Assembly: GCA_965205505.1 (NCBI GenBank)
Contig: CBDBHB010000008.1
Span: 416,001 to 480,000, forward strand
Length of the DNA stretch: 64,000 bases
Direction: 5' to 3'
From: Acidobacteriota bacterium
GTDB taxonomy: Bacteria; Acidobacteriota; UBA890; WLXD01
Under the pieces are notes generated by a model that saw only the letters and a program-made list of their open reading frames with translations, made no database searches and was not told where the DNA came from. Numbering within the stretch: the first letter of the stretch is position 1; each line of letters begins with the position of its first letter. Position numbers and translations under genes: made by a program. Below, piece by piece: positions 1-7,720 of this stretch.

Positions 1-381
1 CGCGGGGTGGGGTGCTTCAGGCGGCTGGTCGAAGCGGCCAAGGCTCGTGGCGATCAACAGGTGTGCCCCGTCGGTCAGACGGGAGTCGCCAAAGCGTGGC
101 GCAAGGAGCGGGAACGGCTGGCGTTAGCGAGCGACATCACGTTGAACACGTTCCGCCATGACTTCGCCACGTATGTAGCCAACCTGCCAGCGGTGCCGAT
201 CACCGAGGTACGCGACGTGCTGGGGCACGGGAGCGTGGTGGTGACGGAGATTTACGTGCACAGGGACGAGCGCAAACTACGCCTTGGGATGGCGCAGCGG
301 AGCACAGAATTGAGCAACGAAGCACATGCTAATGGCACTAATCTAGCCCCAGGAGCTGCACGAGCCTTTAGTGACGGGTAG
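1..381 (+). CDS. Tyrosine recombinase/integrase, C-terminal part (runs off the window start)
   Basis: Catalytic box 'NTFRHDFAT...VLGHGSVVVTEIY' (H/N-x-x-R, GH, Tyr nucleophile). Confidence 0.85.
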   Translation, partial: RGVGCFRRLVEAAKARGDQQVCPVGQTGVAKAWRKERERLALASDITLNTFRHDFATYVANLPAVPITEVRDVLGHGSVVVTEIYVHRDERKLRLGMAQRSTELSNEAHANGTNLAPGAARAFSDG

Positions 382-387
382 CAACGC

Positions 388-678
388 TTACCAACGGTTG
401 ACGACCTTGCGCTCGTCCTCTTGCTGTTCTGCTTCGGCAAAGGGCACATCGCCGCCGGCATCGAGGAAGTCCTCGAGAGACGACAGACGGAACCGCCATT
501 GACGGCCGACGCGCGTTGCCGGGATACGTCCCGCCTTCGCCATCCGATACACCGTCGACTTGTTGATGCGGAGCATGTCCGCAACATCTTCGACGGTCAT
601 GAACTCACCAAGAACACTCCGCGACCGTGTTCTCGGCCGTGACTGCTCGTCGTGTTGGCTGTCTCTTGCTCGTTTCAT
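388..678 (-). CDS. Probable separately initiated HTH_17 (excisionase-family) DNA-binding protein, 96 aa
   Basis: AGGAGG at 690-685 lies 6 nt before an in-frame ATG at 678 (MKRARDSQ...). Confidence 0.6.
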   Translation of the reverse strand: MKRARDSQHDEQSRPRTRSRSVLGEFMTVEDVADMLRINKSTVYRMAKAGRIPATRVGRQWRFRLSSLEDFLDAGGDVPFAEAEQQEDERKVVNRW

Positions 679-3069
679 ATCGTGCCTCCTATCCACTCGC
701 TTTCTGAACGTCCATGCGGTCGGAAGCGTCGCTGTCGTCGACGCCCGGTCGCAGGTACTCTCCTCTCGCGCCACTAGTTCAAGGAACACGCGTGCAACCT
801 GCGGGTTCCAGAGTCGTCCGATCTCCTGTTCGATGAACCCGCTGGCGCGGCGCTTATCCATCGCCGGGCGCTGGGCACGCGCTGATATCAAGGCGTCGAA
901 GACGTCGCAGATACCGACGATCTGAGCACCGAGCGGGATAGCGTGGCCCACCAGACCGCGCGGGTAGCCGCTACCGTCCCAGCGTTCCTGGTGCGCATGT
1001 ACGATCCCCGCAACTTGGTTGAGTCCCGGTAGGGCTGCCCAGATGGCGCCGCCCTCCTCGGGCACCCGCTGTACAACGGTGCGCTCGTCGGCGCTGAGCT
1101 CGCCTTCCTTGGTGAGAACGCCGGATGGCAACTTGATCTTGCCAACATCGTGCAGATGTCCGCCGATCTCCACCAGCAGCCTGTCGTCTGCAGATAGCCG
1201 CAGCTCGCGGGCCAGCAGACCGCAGAGCCGAGATACCTGCGCCGAGTGCTCCTTGCTGTGCGGGTCGATGAGCTCCACCGACTCCATCAGCGCGGTGATC
1301 GATTCGCGCACCACCGGCGCCTGAAGCCGGAGCATGGACCGGCGCTTCAGCTCCCCGAGCTGCTCGTTGAAGATCTCGATGGCGTTTGGAACGATGCGAC
1401 GGGTCTGCACCTGGACGACCGCTTCGTAGAGCTCAGTCTCGTCCTGATCGATCTCGGCCATGCGGATGCGATGACCGCCGCTGCCCTTGGCGAGATACAT
1501 GGCCTGATCGGCTGCCTCGAGCAGCGCTTCCACCGTGTCTCCGTTGCCGGGAAACTCGGCGATACCGATCGACGCCCGAACGTTGAACGGCACGTCCCAT
1601 TTGAGCCCCGACAGCTCATTGAGCATGTGCGTGAGGTTCTTCTTGGCATCGGCACGCGAACCGTGTACCAGCGCCACAAACTCGTCACCGCCATAGCGAC
1701 ACATCGCGATCGCCTCCGGGAAGGCGGCGCGTAGACGGTCGCCCATCTCGACGATGGCACGGTTGCCGGCCATATGGCCGTGCTGATCGTTGACCTCTTT
1801 GAGGTTGTCCATATCGATCACCGTGACGGTAAGCGGTGCCCACGTCCGCGCGTTCGGAGCCGACAGGGTGTTCTCCGCCTCCTCGGTGAACGCCTGGAAG
1901 TTGAGCAGGCTGGTCAACCCGTCGATACGACTCTGCTGTCGAAGCTGTTGCAACAAGCCGCGGCCGCGGATGAACGACGCAGTCATCAATGCCGACGCCC
2001 AGCAGAAGTCGCGCTCCTCTTCGTCGAAGACCCGGTCTGCCTTGCGATCACGCAGATAGAAGGCGCCGAACACCTGCTCGTTGGCCTTGATCGGCACCAC
2101 CAGGAAGCTGTTGAAGGCGCTCGCGTTTGGCAGGAAGGTGGTAACCCGCGACCACAGCTCCTTGGGCTCGCCGCGACGAAACTCGGTGATCTCGCCATGC
2201 GCCAGGGTTTCCTGAAGCTCGGGGTATTCGCAGATCTTGATGGGGCGAACCTCTACGGAGGAGTCATCGCTGCTGGCGGCCACGTAACCGGTCGTGTCGT
2301 CGCCGCTGAATACCACCAATGAGCAGCGGTCCACACCCACGCCCTTTTGCACACGCTTGCTGATCTCGAACAACACGTCGCTGTCAGACGCGGCGGCACC
2401 CACCAGACCAAGGCGTCCGATCTCTGATAGTGCGCGCAGCCGGTACTTGTCGCGCGCCAGCGAACGCGCATGCACGGCCACCGATTGCATCTTGGTGGCG
2501 ATCGTCTGGGCGCGACGCTTGTGACGCTTGGCCTCGTCGCCAATCAAGGCGAAGACGAACCCCAGCCCGCACAGGAAACCGAGGCGCACCAGGTATTGCG
2601 GATCGGTGAACGCCTGGTTGCCGACCTCGCGAAACAGCAGCGCACCGTAGATGGCCGCCACCAGTAGGCTGTGAGCGCCGGCGGCAACCGGACCCAGGCT
2701 CTGAGCGGCGAACGTCACCACTACCAGGTAGACGAGAAAGAACTCCGTGGAGGCGTTGTCCACGAGAACGGTCGCCCCCGAAACGATACCGATGTCGATC
2801 AGCACCACCAGGGTACGCAGCGCTCTGCTGCGGCTCTTTTGAAGCGCCCAGCTCGCCAGCAATGTAAAGCCCAACACCCCGCCCACGAAATTCTGCTTGA
2901 GCGCCGGCACCATCGTGTCGGAGGTGTAGAACAAGACGGCGTAGCAAACCGCGAGAGCGAGCATCCAACGCGCTATCAACACCGGATTGCTGACCACCCG
3001 GGGTGCCTCGGGCTCGGCGTCTAGAATCTCGCCGAATGCCAGCGTCTCTTCGGATTGCTTCCTGTTCAT
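388..3069 (-). CDS. Membrane-anchored GAF + GGDEF + HD-GYP c-di-GMP signalling protein, in frame with a C-terminal excisionase-type HTH
   Basis: Several N-terminal TM helices; GAF-like 'GVDRCSLVV...FLVVPI'; 'DMDNLKEVNDQHGH...RYGGDEF'; 'HLHDVGK...ERWDGSGYP'; C-terminal 'MTVEDVADMLRINKSTVYRMAKAGRIPATRVGRQWRF'. Confidence 0.88.
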   Translation of the reverse strand: MNRKQSEETLAFGEILDAEPEAPRVVSNPVLIARWMLALAVCYAVLFYTSDTMVPALKQNFVGGVLGFTLLASWALQKSRSRALRTLVVLIDIGIVSGATVLVDNASTEFFLVYLVVVTFAAQSLGPVAAGAHSLLVAAIYGALLFREVGNQAFTDPQYLVRLGFLCGLGFVFALIGDEAKRHKRRAQTIATKMQSVAVHARSLARDKYRLRALSEIGRLGLVGAAASDSDVLFEISKRVQKGVGVDRCSLVVFSGDDTTGYVAASSDDSSVEVRPIKICEYPELQETLAHGEITEFRRGEPKELWSRVTTFLPNASAFNSFLVVPIKANEQVFGAFYLRDRKADRVFDEEERDFCWASALMTASFIRGRGLLQQLRQQSRIDGLTSLLNFQAFTEEAENTLSAPNARTWAPLTVTVIDMDNLKEVNDQHGHMAGNRAIVEMGDRLRAAFPEAIAMCRYGGDEFVALVHGSRADAKKNLTHMLNELSGLKWDVPFNVRASIGIAEFPGNGDTVEALLEAADQAMYLAKGSGGHRIRMAEIDQDETELYEAVVQVQTRRIVPNAIEIFNEQLGELKRRSMLRLQAPVVRESITALMESVELIDPHSKEHSAQVSRLCGLLARELRLSADDRLLVEIGGHLHDVGKIKLPSGVLTKEGELSADERTVVQRVPEEGGAIWAALPGLNQVAGIVHAHQERWDGSGYPRGLVGHAIPLGAQIVGICDVFDALISARAQRPAMDKRRASGFIEQEIGRLWNPQVARVFLELVAREESTCDRASTTATLPTAWTFRKRVDRRHDMKRARDSQHDEQSRPRTRSRSVLGEFMTVEDVADMLRINKSTVYRMAKAGRIPATRVGRQWRFRLSSLEDFLDAGGDVPFAEAEQQEDERKVVNRW

Positions 3070-3107
3070 CGGGGCTGGCCCTGCTGGAGCCTGGGGTGCT
3101 GAGGGGA

Positions 3108-3235
3108 GTTAACTTCGTTCATTAGACAGGAAGATAGTTTAAAAGCCTTTCTCAGCTCAAGTCTATTCTTTAGTTGTTTATATTAGTTTTTAATAGTTAA
3201 TTTTAACTTCTAATTACTTTACATAATCAAAACAG
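3108..3235. promoter_or_regulatory. AT-rich upstream region of the GGDEF/HD-GYP gene
   Basis: About 24% GC over 3121-3230 (hand count) in a GC-rich background; dyad AGTTAA-tt-TTAACT at 3195-3208. Confidence 0.55.
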
Positions 3236-3360
3236 GGCATCTCGGTCGCCAAACGGCCGCACTGGTGGCCGCATAAGTCGCGGCAGGCCCGTTCTTGGCC
3301 GCTTCTGACCGGCGATACCGCACCATCGGCGCGGCCAGCGTCAGAAGGCCTTCAGATAGG

Positions 3361-4513
3361 TCAGCTTGACCACGCCGGTGCGGCGAAGCGCGTCAGGTTG
3401 ATGCGCACGTTGTCGGCCTCGACCTGCGCAAAGTCGGTGTTGTAGGTCAGGTCGAGGGTGAGGCTCGAGGTCAGCCCGATCTTCATGTCCACGCCGGCAT
3501 CACGCAGAAAGTCCGAGCCCTCCTCGGCCGTGTTCTGCCCGCCGATCACGCCGTAGGGCTTGATCTCCACGTTGCGCCCGCGCTGCAGATTGCGCAGCCC
3601 CAGCAGCGCGCCGTACTGCGACACCTGGAAGATACCGCCGCTGTACCGCTGCGCAATATGCGGCCAGGTGAGCTCCTCGTTCTTGCGCCGGATCGAGCGG
3701 TAAAACGCCACCCCCATGCGGGGTGCCTGCGCACGGTTGAAGCGGATGGTGGTGAACGGCACCGCCACCTCCAACACCACCCCTCGTCGGTAATGCTGCC
3801 CTCGCTGCGGTAGACCCCCTCCCAGTTCCAGTCGGAGAACACGATGCGCTCGTCGGTGATCAGCGCGTCGCCCTGGGTGCCGAGGGCGTTGAGCTCGAGA
3901 TGTAGGCCGAGCGATCGTCGTCGTAGCTGTCGAGCGCGATGATGACGCGATCGTCCAGATCGATGCGGCCCTCACGCTGCAGGATCTGCGCGATGATCTG
4001 GTCGGGCTCCGAGTGGTGCAGCATGAGCCCGAAGTAGATGTTGTTGGCATCGAACGCCATGCGCACCTCGGTGGCCTCCGAGGGCGCGGCGCCGTCCACC
4101 GGGTTGCGCTGGCGAAAGTCGGTGACCGGCTCGGCGACCCGCCACACCTCGTCGTCGAGCAACCCGTCGATGACGGGTGGCACTGTGGCATACACCGCCA
4201 CGATGGCTGCCTCGTCGCCGGCCACCTCGTCGCCGGCCACCTCGTCGCCGGCTGCCTGGTCGCTGGCTGCCTGTTCGCGAGCTGCTGGGTCGCGGAGTGC
4301 CTGGTCGCCAGCAGCTTGGTCACCGGCGGACCGCGAATCCGCCGGCCCGCCGGCCAGCGCCGCGGTCGGGATAACGATCAAGCCGAGGCAAGCGACGGCC
4401 AGGAGCGAGCCAGTGGCGGCGGCTGTGCTGAGCGCCCCCCGGGGCAACGCACGCCGGTCGCCCGGCCGGCGATGACGCATCCGCTTTCTTAGCCTGACGT
4501 CAGGGATCGACAT
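3361..4513 (-). pseudogene. DUF5916 / CBM9-like protein, frameshifted and 3'-truncated
   Basis: 'PPVIDGLLDDEVW...FRQRNPVDGAAPSEATEV', 'DWNWEGVY' and 'LTLDLTYNTDFAQVEAD..RINLTRF' lie in three frames; homology stops near 3390. Confidence 0.8.
4205..4330 (-). repeat. 15-bp tandem repeat encoding DQAAG/DEVAG pentapeptides
   Basis: ctcgtcgccgg recurs with a 15-nt period, followed by degenerate copies. Confidence 0.8.
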
Positions 4514-4591
4514 GGAAGGCCACGCGGCAGTATCGGGCGGCGCGGGAGCCGCCGGCTCGCCTACCGACGCCGGCGATCTACGGCAACGCGC

Positions 4592-5803
4592 TCAGTCGTA
4601 GCGCAGCGCCTCGATCGGGTCGAGCCGCGAGGCCCGACGCGCCGGGTAGAAGCCGAAGACAATGCCGATGAGGGCCGAGAAGCCGAAGGCCAGGCCCACG
4701 GAGTTGGCCGACACCAGCATCTGCCAGCCGGCCGACTCGGCCATTTGCTGCGAGGCGAAGTAGCCCAGGGCGATGCCCATGGCACCGCCGAGACACGACA
4801 GCGCGATGGCCTCGATGAGGAACTGCAGTTGGATGCTGCTGCGGCGCGCCCCGATCGCCTTGCGGATACCGATCTCGCGGGTGCGCTCGGTGACCGACAC
4901 CAGCATGATGTTCATGATGCCGATGCCACCCACAATCAGGCTCACCCCGGCGATGCCGGCGAGCAAGAAGGTGAAGCTCTGGGTGGCCGACTGCATGACG
5001 TCGAGAAACTCGGTTTGTCGGGTAATCGAGAAGTCGTTCTCGGCGCCCGGGCGCAGCCGATGCTGGCGACGCAGGATGCTCTCGATCTCGGCCATCGCCA
5101 TGGTGATGTGCCCTTCCGACAGCGCCTCCACGGTCATCGAGCTGATCAGCTCGGTGCCGAACAGCCGCCGCTGGGCGGTGGACATGGGAATGACGATGAC
5201 GTTGTCGCGCGAGAAGAACGAGCTGCCACCCTTCTCGCCCAACACCCCGATCACCTCGAAGGCGATGCTCTGGATGCGCAGCTCCTCACCGATCGGGTCG
5301 ATGTTGGCGGGGAAGATGGTGGTAGCCGCCTCGGCGCCCAGCACCGCCACCCGTCGATGGCCCTCCTGCTCGGTGGGGGTGAAGAAGCGCCCCGAGGCCA
5401 GGGGCCAGTTCTCCATGCGCAGGTAGTCGGCCCAGGTGCCGGTGATCGAGCTGGTGCCCTGGGTGTTCTTCCACTCCACTTGAATCGTATTGCGCGACAG
5501 CGACGGCACCACCGCCTCGATCGAGGTGGCCCTCTCCATCACCGCGTAGGCGTCTTCGACCTTCATCTGCGCGCCACGGTGCGAGAAGCCGCGGCGGAAG
5601 CCGGAGCCGGCGCGCACCGTCAGACGGTTGGCACCCAGGCCAGAGAGCTGGTCTTGCACCGACGCCTGCGCCCCCTCGCCCAGCGCCACCATGGTGATCA
5701 CCGCCGCCACACCGATGATCACGCCCAGCATGGTGAGCATCGAGCGCATCAGGTTGGTGCGCAGCGAGGTGAGCGCCACGATCAGGATCTCGAAGCCGAG
5801 CAT
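4592..5803 (-). CDS. MacB/FtsX-family ABC transporter permease
   Basis: 'RSMLTMLGVIIGVAAVI', 'GGIGIMNIMLVSVTERTREIGIRKAIGA', 'ASRLDPIEALRYD'. Confidence 0.95.
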   Translation of the reverse strand: MLGFEILIVALTSLRTNLMRSMLTMLGVIIGVAAVITMVALGEGAQASVQDQLSGLGANRLTVRAGSGFRRGFSHRGAQMKVEDAYAVMERATSIEAVVPSLSRNTIQVEWKNTQGTSSITGTWADYLRMENWPLASGRFFTPTEQEGHRRVAVLGAEAATTIFPANIDPIGEELRIQSIAFEVIGVLGEKGGSSFFSRDNVIVIPMSTAQRRLFGTELISSMTVEALSEGHITMAMAEIESILRRQHRLRPGAENDFSITRQTEFLDVMQSATQSFTFLLAGIAGVSLIVGGIGIMNIMLVSVTERTREIGIRKAIGARRSSIQLQFLIEAIALSCLGGAMGIALGYFASQQMAESAGWQMLVSANSVGLAFGFSALIGIVFGFYPARRASRLDPIEALRYD

Positions 5804-5822
5804 TACCCGGTCTCCTGGACCA

Positions 5823-7553
5823 TCAGCGGCGGCTCGTGCCGGGGATCGAGCTGAAGCGCGAGAAGCGGTCGCGCAACGCCTGCTGCGACATCAGCAGCGA
5901 CGTGGAGGGCAACAGCACCACCTCGTCGCCAGGCTGCAGCCCGGAGACGATCTCGGTGAACTCCCAGTCCTGCACACCCATCATTACCTGGCGGGGCGAG
6001 ATCTGCTCGTCGGCCATCACGAACACCACCGCCTGCTGCGGCGCGCGACCAATACCGAAGGCGTCCATCGACACGGTGTTTCCGGCCCGATCGTTATCCC
6101 CTGCCCCACCGCCAAACCCGCCGGCGCTGTGGTCATCACCGCCGGAGCCTCCAACGCCGAAGCCTCCACCGCCGGGCCCGCCGCCTGAGCCGCCGCCGGG
6201 GCGAGCGTTGCCGCCGCCGCGGTTGCCGAAGCGCGACGCCATCTGCTCGCGCATCTGGGTGCGCTGCTTGTCGGTGAGGTTGTCCATATACTTGCGGCGC
6301 TCTTCCTGGCTCATCGAGCGCATCTTGCTGAAGTCGAAGTCTTCCGCCTCGCCGTCGTCGGCATCGCCGCCCTTCGACTCGCCGACGTCCGTGTCGGCAC
6401 CCTCACGACCGGAGCCCGTCCTGTCAGCCGGCCCATCGCCACGACGGTCCCCATGCTCGCCCGGCCCAGCCTCGTCGGCGTACGCGGCGCGCCCCAACAC
6501 ACCGCCGGCCTGTGAGCCGCCCTCGCCAGAGGCCAGCATCGTGCCGCCCGAGCGCAGCTGATCCTCATCGAACGGAATGCTCAGCAACTCGGCCACGGTG
6601 CCCGCATCGCGCATCGTCTTCACCGACTCGTTGGGCACCGCGATCACCTGATTGCGCCGGTGAATTACCACCTCCACATCGGCGTTCATGCCGGGCAGCA
6701 GCAACCCCTCGCGGTTGGACACGCGCGACAGCACCGGAAACGTCGTCACCTGGTTCTGCACCACCGCCAGCGGCTCGATCTTGATCACCTCGCCCAGGAA
6801 CGTGCGCTCCGGATACGCCTCCACCGTCATCTCCACCGGCAATCCCGGCTTCACCCGGCCGATGTCGATCTCGTCGACCAGCGTGCGCACCTCCAGCACC
6901 GACAGGTCGGCCATCTCCACCAGCGTGGTGCCGCCCTGCACGCTGTTGACCGACGACTGGATGATCACGCCCTGCTCCACCGTCTTGCTGATAATCGTGC
7001 CGGCGCTGGGCGCCCGCACCGTGGCGTCGTCGAGGCGCTCCTCGCGCAGCTTGATCTCCGCCTGGGCGCGCAGCAGGCTGCCCTTGGAGGTGGTGTAGTT
7101 CTGCTCCGAGGTATCCAGGTCCTGCATCGAAACCAGGTCCTGCTCCGACAGCGCCTGGGCGCGGTTGTACTGGCGCTCCGACACATCCAGGCGAACCTGC
7201 GCCGACTCCAGGTCGGCCTGCGCCTGCGCCAGCTCCTGATCGAGCGTCTCGGTATCGATCTGGGCAATCAGCGCGCCAGCTTCAATCCGATCGCCGAGCT
7301 CCGCCGGCATGCGGAGAATCTCCCCCGCCGCCTTGCTCTTCACCTGCACGATGCGCACCGGCCGCAGCGTGCCGGTGGCCGACACGCTCACCGTGATATT
7401 GCGTATCTCTGCAGCTTGAGTAGGAACCTCACCCAGCCCCTGCTCTTCCTCGGCAGCCTGGCGCTCCTGCCAGTACATCCAGCCGAAGTAGCCCGCCCCG
7501 GCCACGATGGCCAGCGTGACTACCCGCTTGAGTAGCTTGATGACAGTCTTCAC
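5823..7553 (-). CDS. MacA-like efflux periplasmic adaptor with a long Gly-rich disordered insert
   Basis: N-terminal TM, 'VSATGTLRP..VQVKSKAAG', 'VRAPSAGTI', 'VDEIDIGRVKPG', 'LLPGMNADV'; GTG start at 7553 after GAGGTG. Confidence 0.9.
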   Translation of the reverse strand: MKTVIKLLKRVVTLAIVAGAGYFGWMYWQERQAAEEEQGLGEVPTQAAEIRNITVSVSATGTLRPVRIVQVKSKAAGEILRMPAELGDRIEAGALIAQIDTETLDQELAQAQADLESAQVRLDVSERQYNRAQALSEQDLVSMQDLDTSEQNYTTSKGSLLRAQAEIKLREERLDDATVRAPSAGTIISKTVEQGVIIQSSVNSVQGGTTLVEMADLSVLEVRTLVDEIDIGRVKPGLPVEMTVEAYPERTFLGEVIKIEPLAVVQNQVTTFPVLSRVSNREGLLLPGMNADVEVVIHRRNQVIAVPNESVKTMRDAGTVAELLSIPFDEDQLRSGGTMLASGEGGSQAGGVLGRAAYADEAGPGEHGDRRGDGPADRTGSGREGADTDVGESKGGDADDGEAEDFDFSKMRSMSQEERRKYMDNLTDKQRTQMREQMASRFGNRGGGNARPGGGSGGGPGGGGFGVGGSGGDDHSAGGFGGGAGDNDRAGNTVSMDAFGIGRAPQQAVVFVMADEQISPRQVMMGVQDWEFTEIVSGLQPGDEVVLLPSTSLLMSQQALRDRFSRFSSIPGTSRR

Positions 7554-7649
7554 CGCCCCACCTCGAGGAAAGGAGATTGTGCGTCGGGAGAGGAAACCCC
7601 GATGAGAATAGCGTGCCTGCTGGGGTGGTGGGGGCACAAGTTGAAGGGT

Positions 7650-7664
7650 GTAAAGAGTTGTAAA
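7650..7664. promoter_or_regulatory. GTAAA-N5-GTAAA direct repeat (OmpR/CpxR-type box) upstream of the macA-like gene
   Basis: GTAAA gagtt GTAAA, ~100 bp upstream of the start codon. Confidence 0.45.
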
Positions 7665-7720
7665 GACAACCACAAGCCCCGACAGCTTCCCGGCCACAAT
7701 GATGGGCTGGTCAGTCTCTC

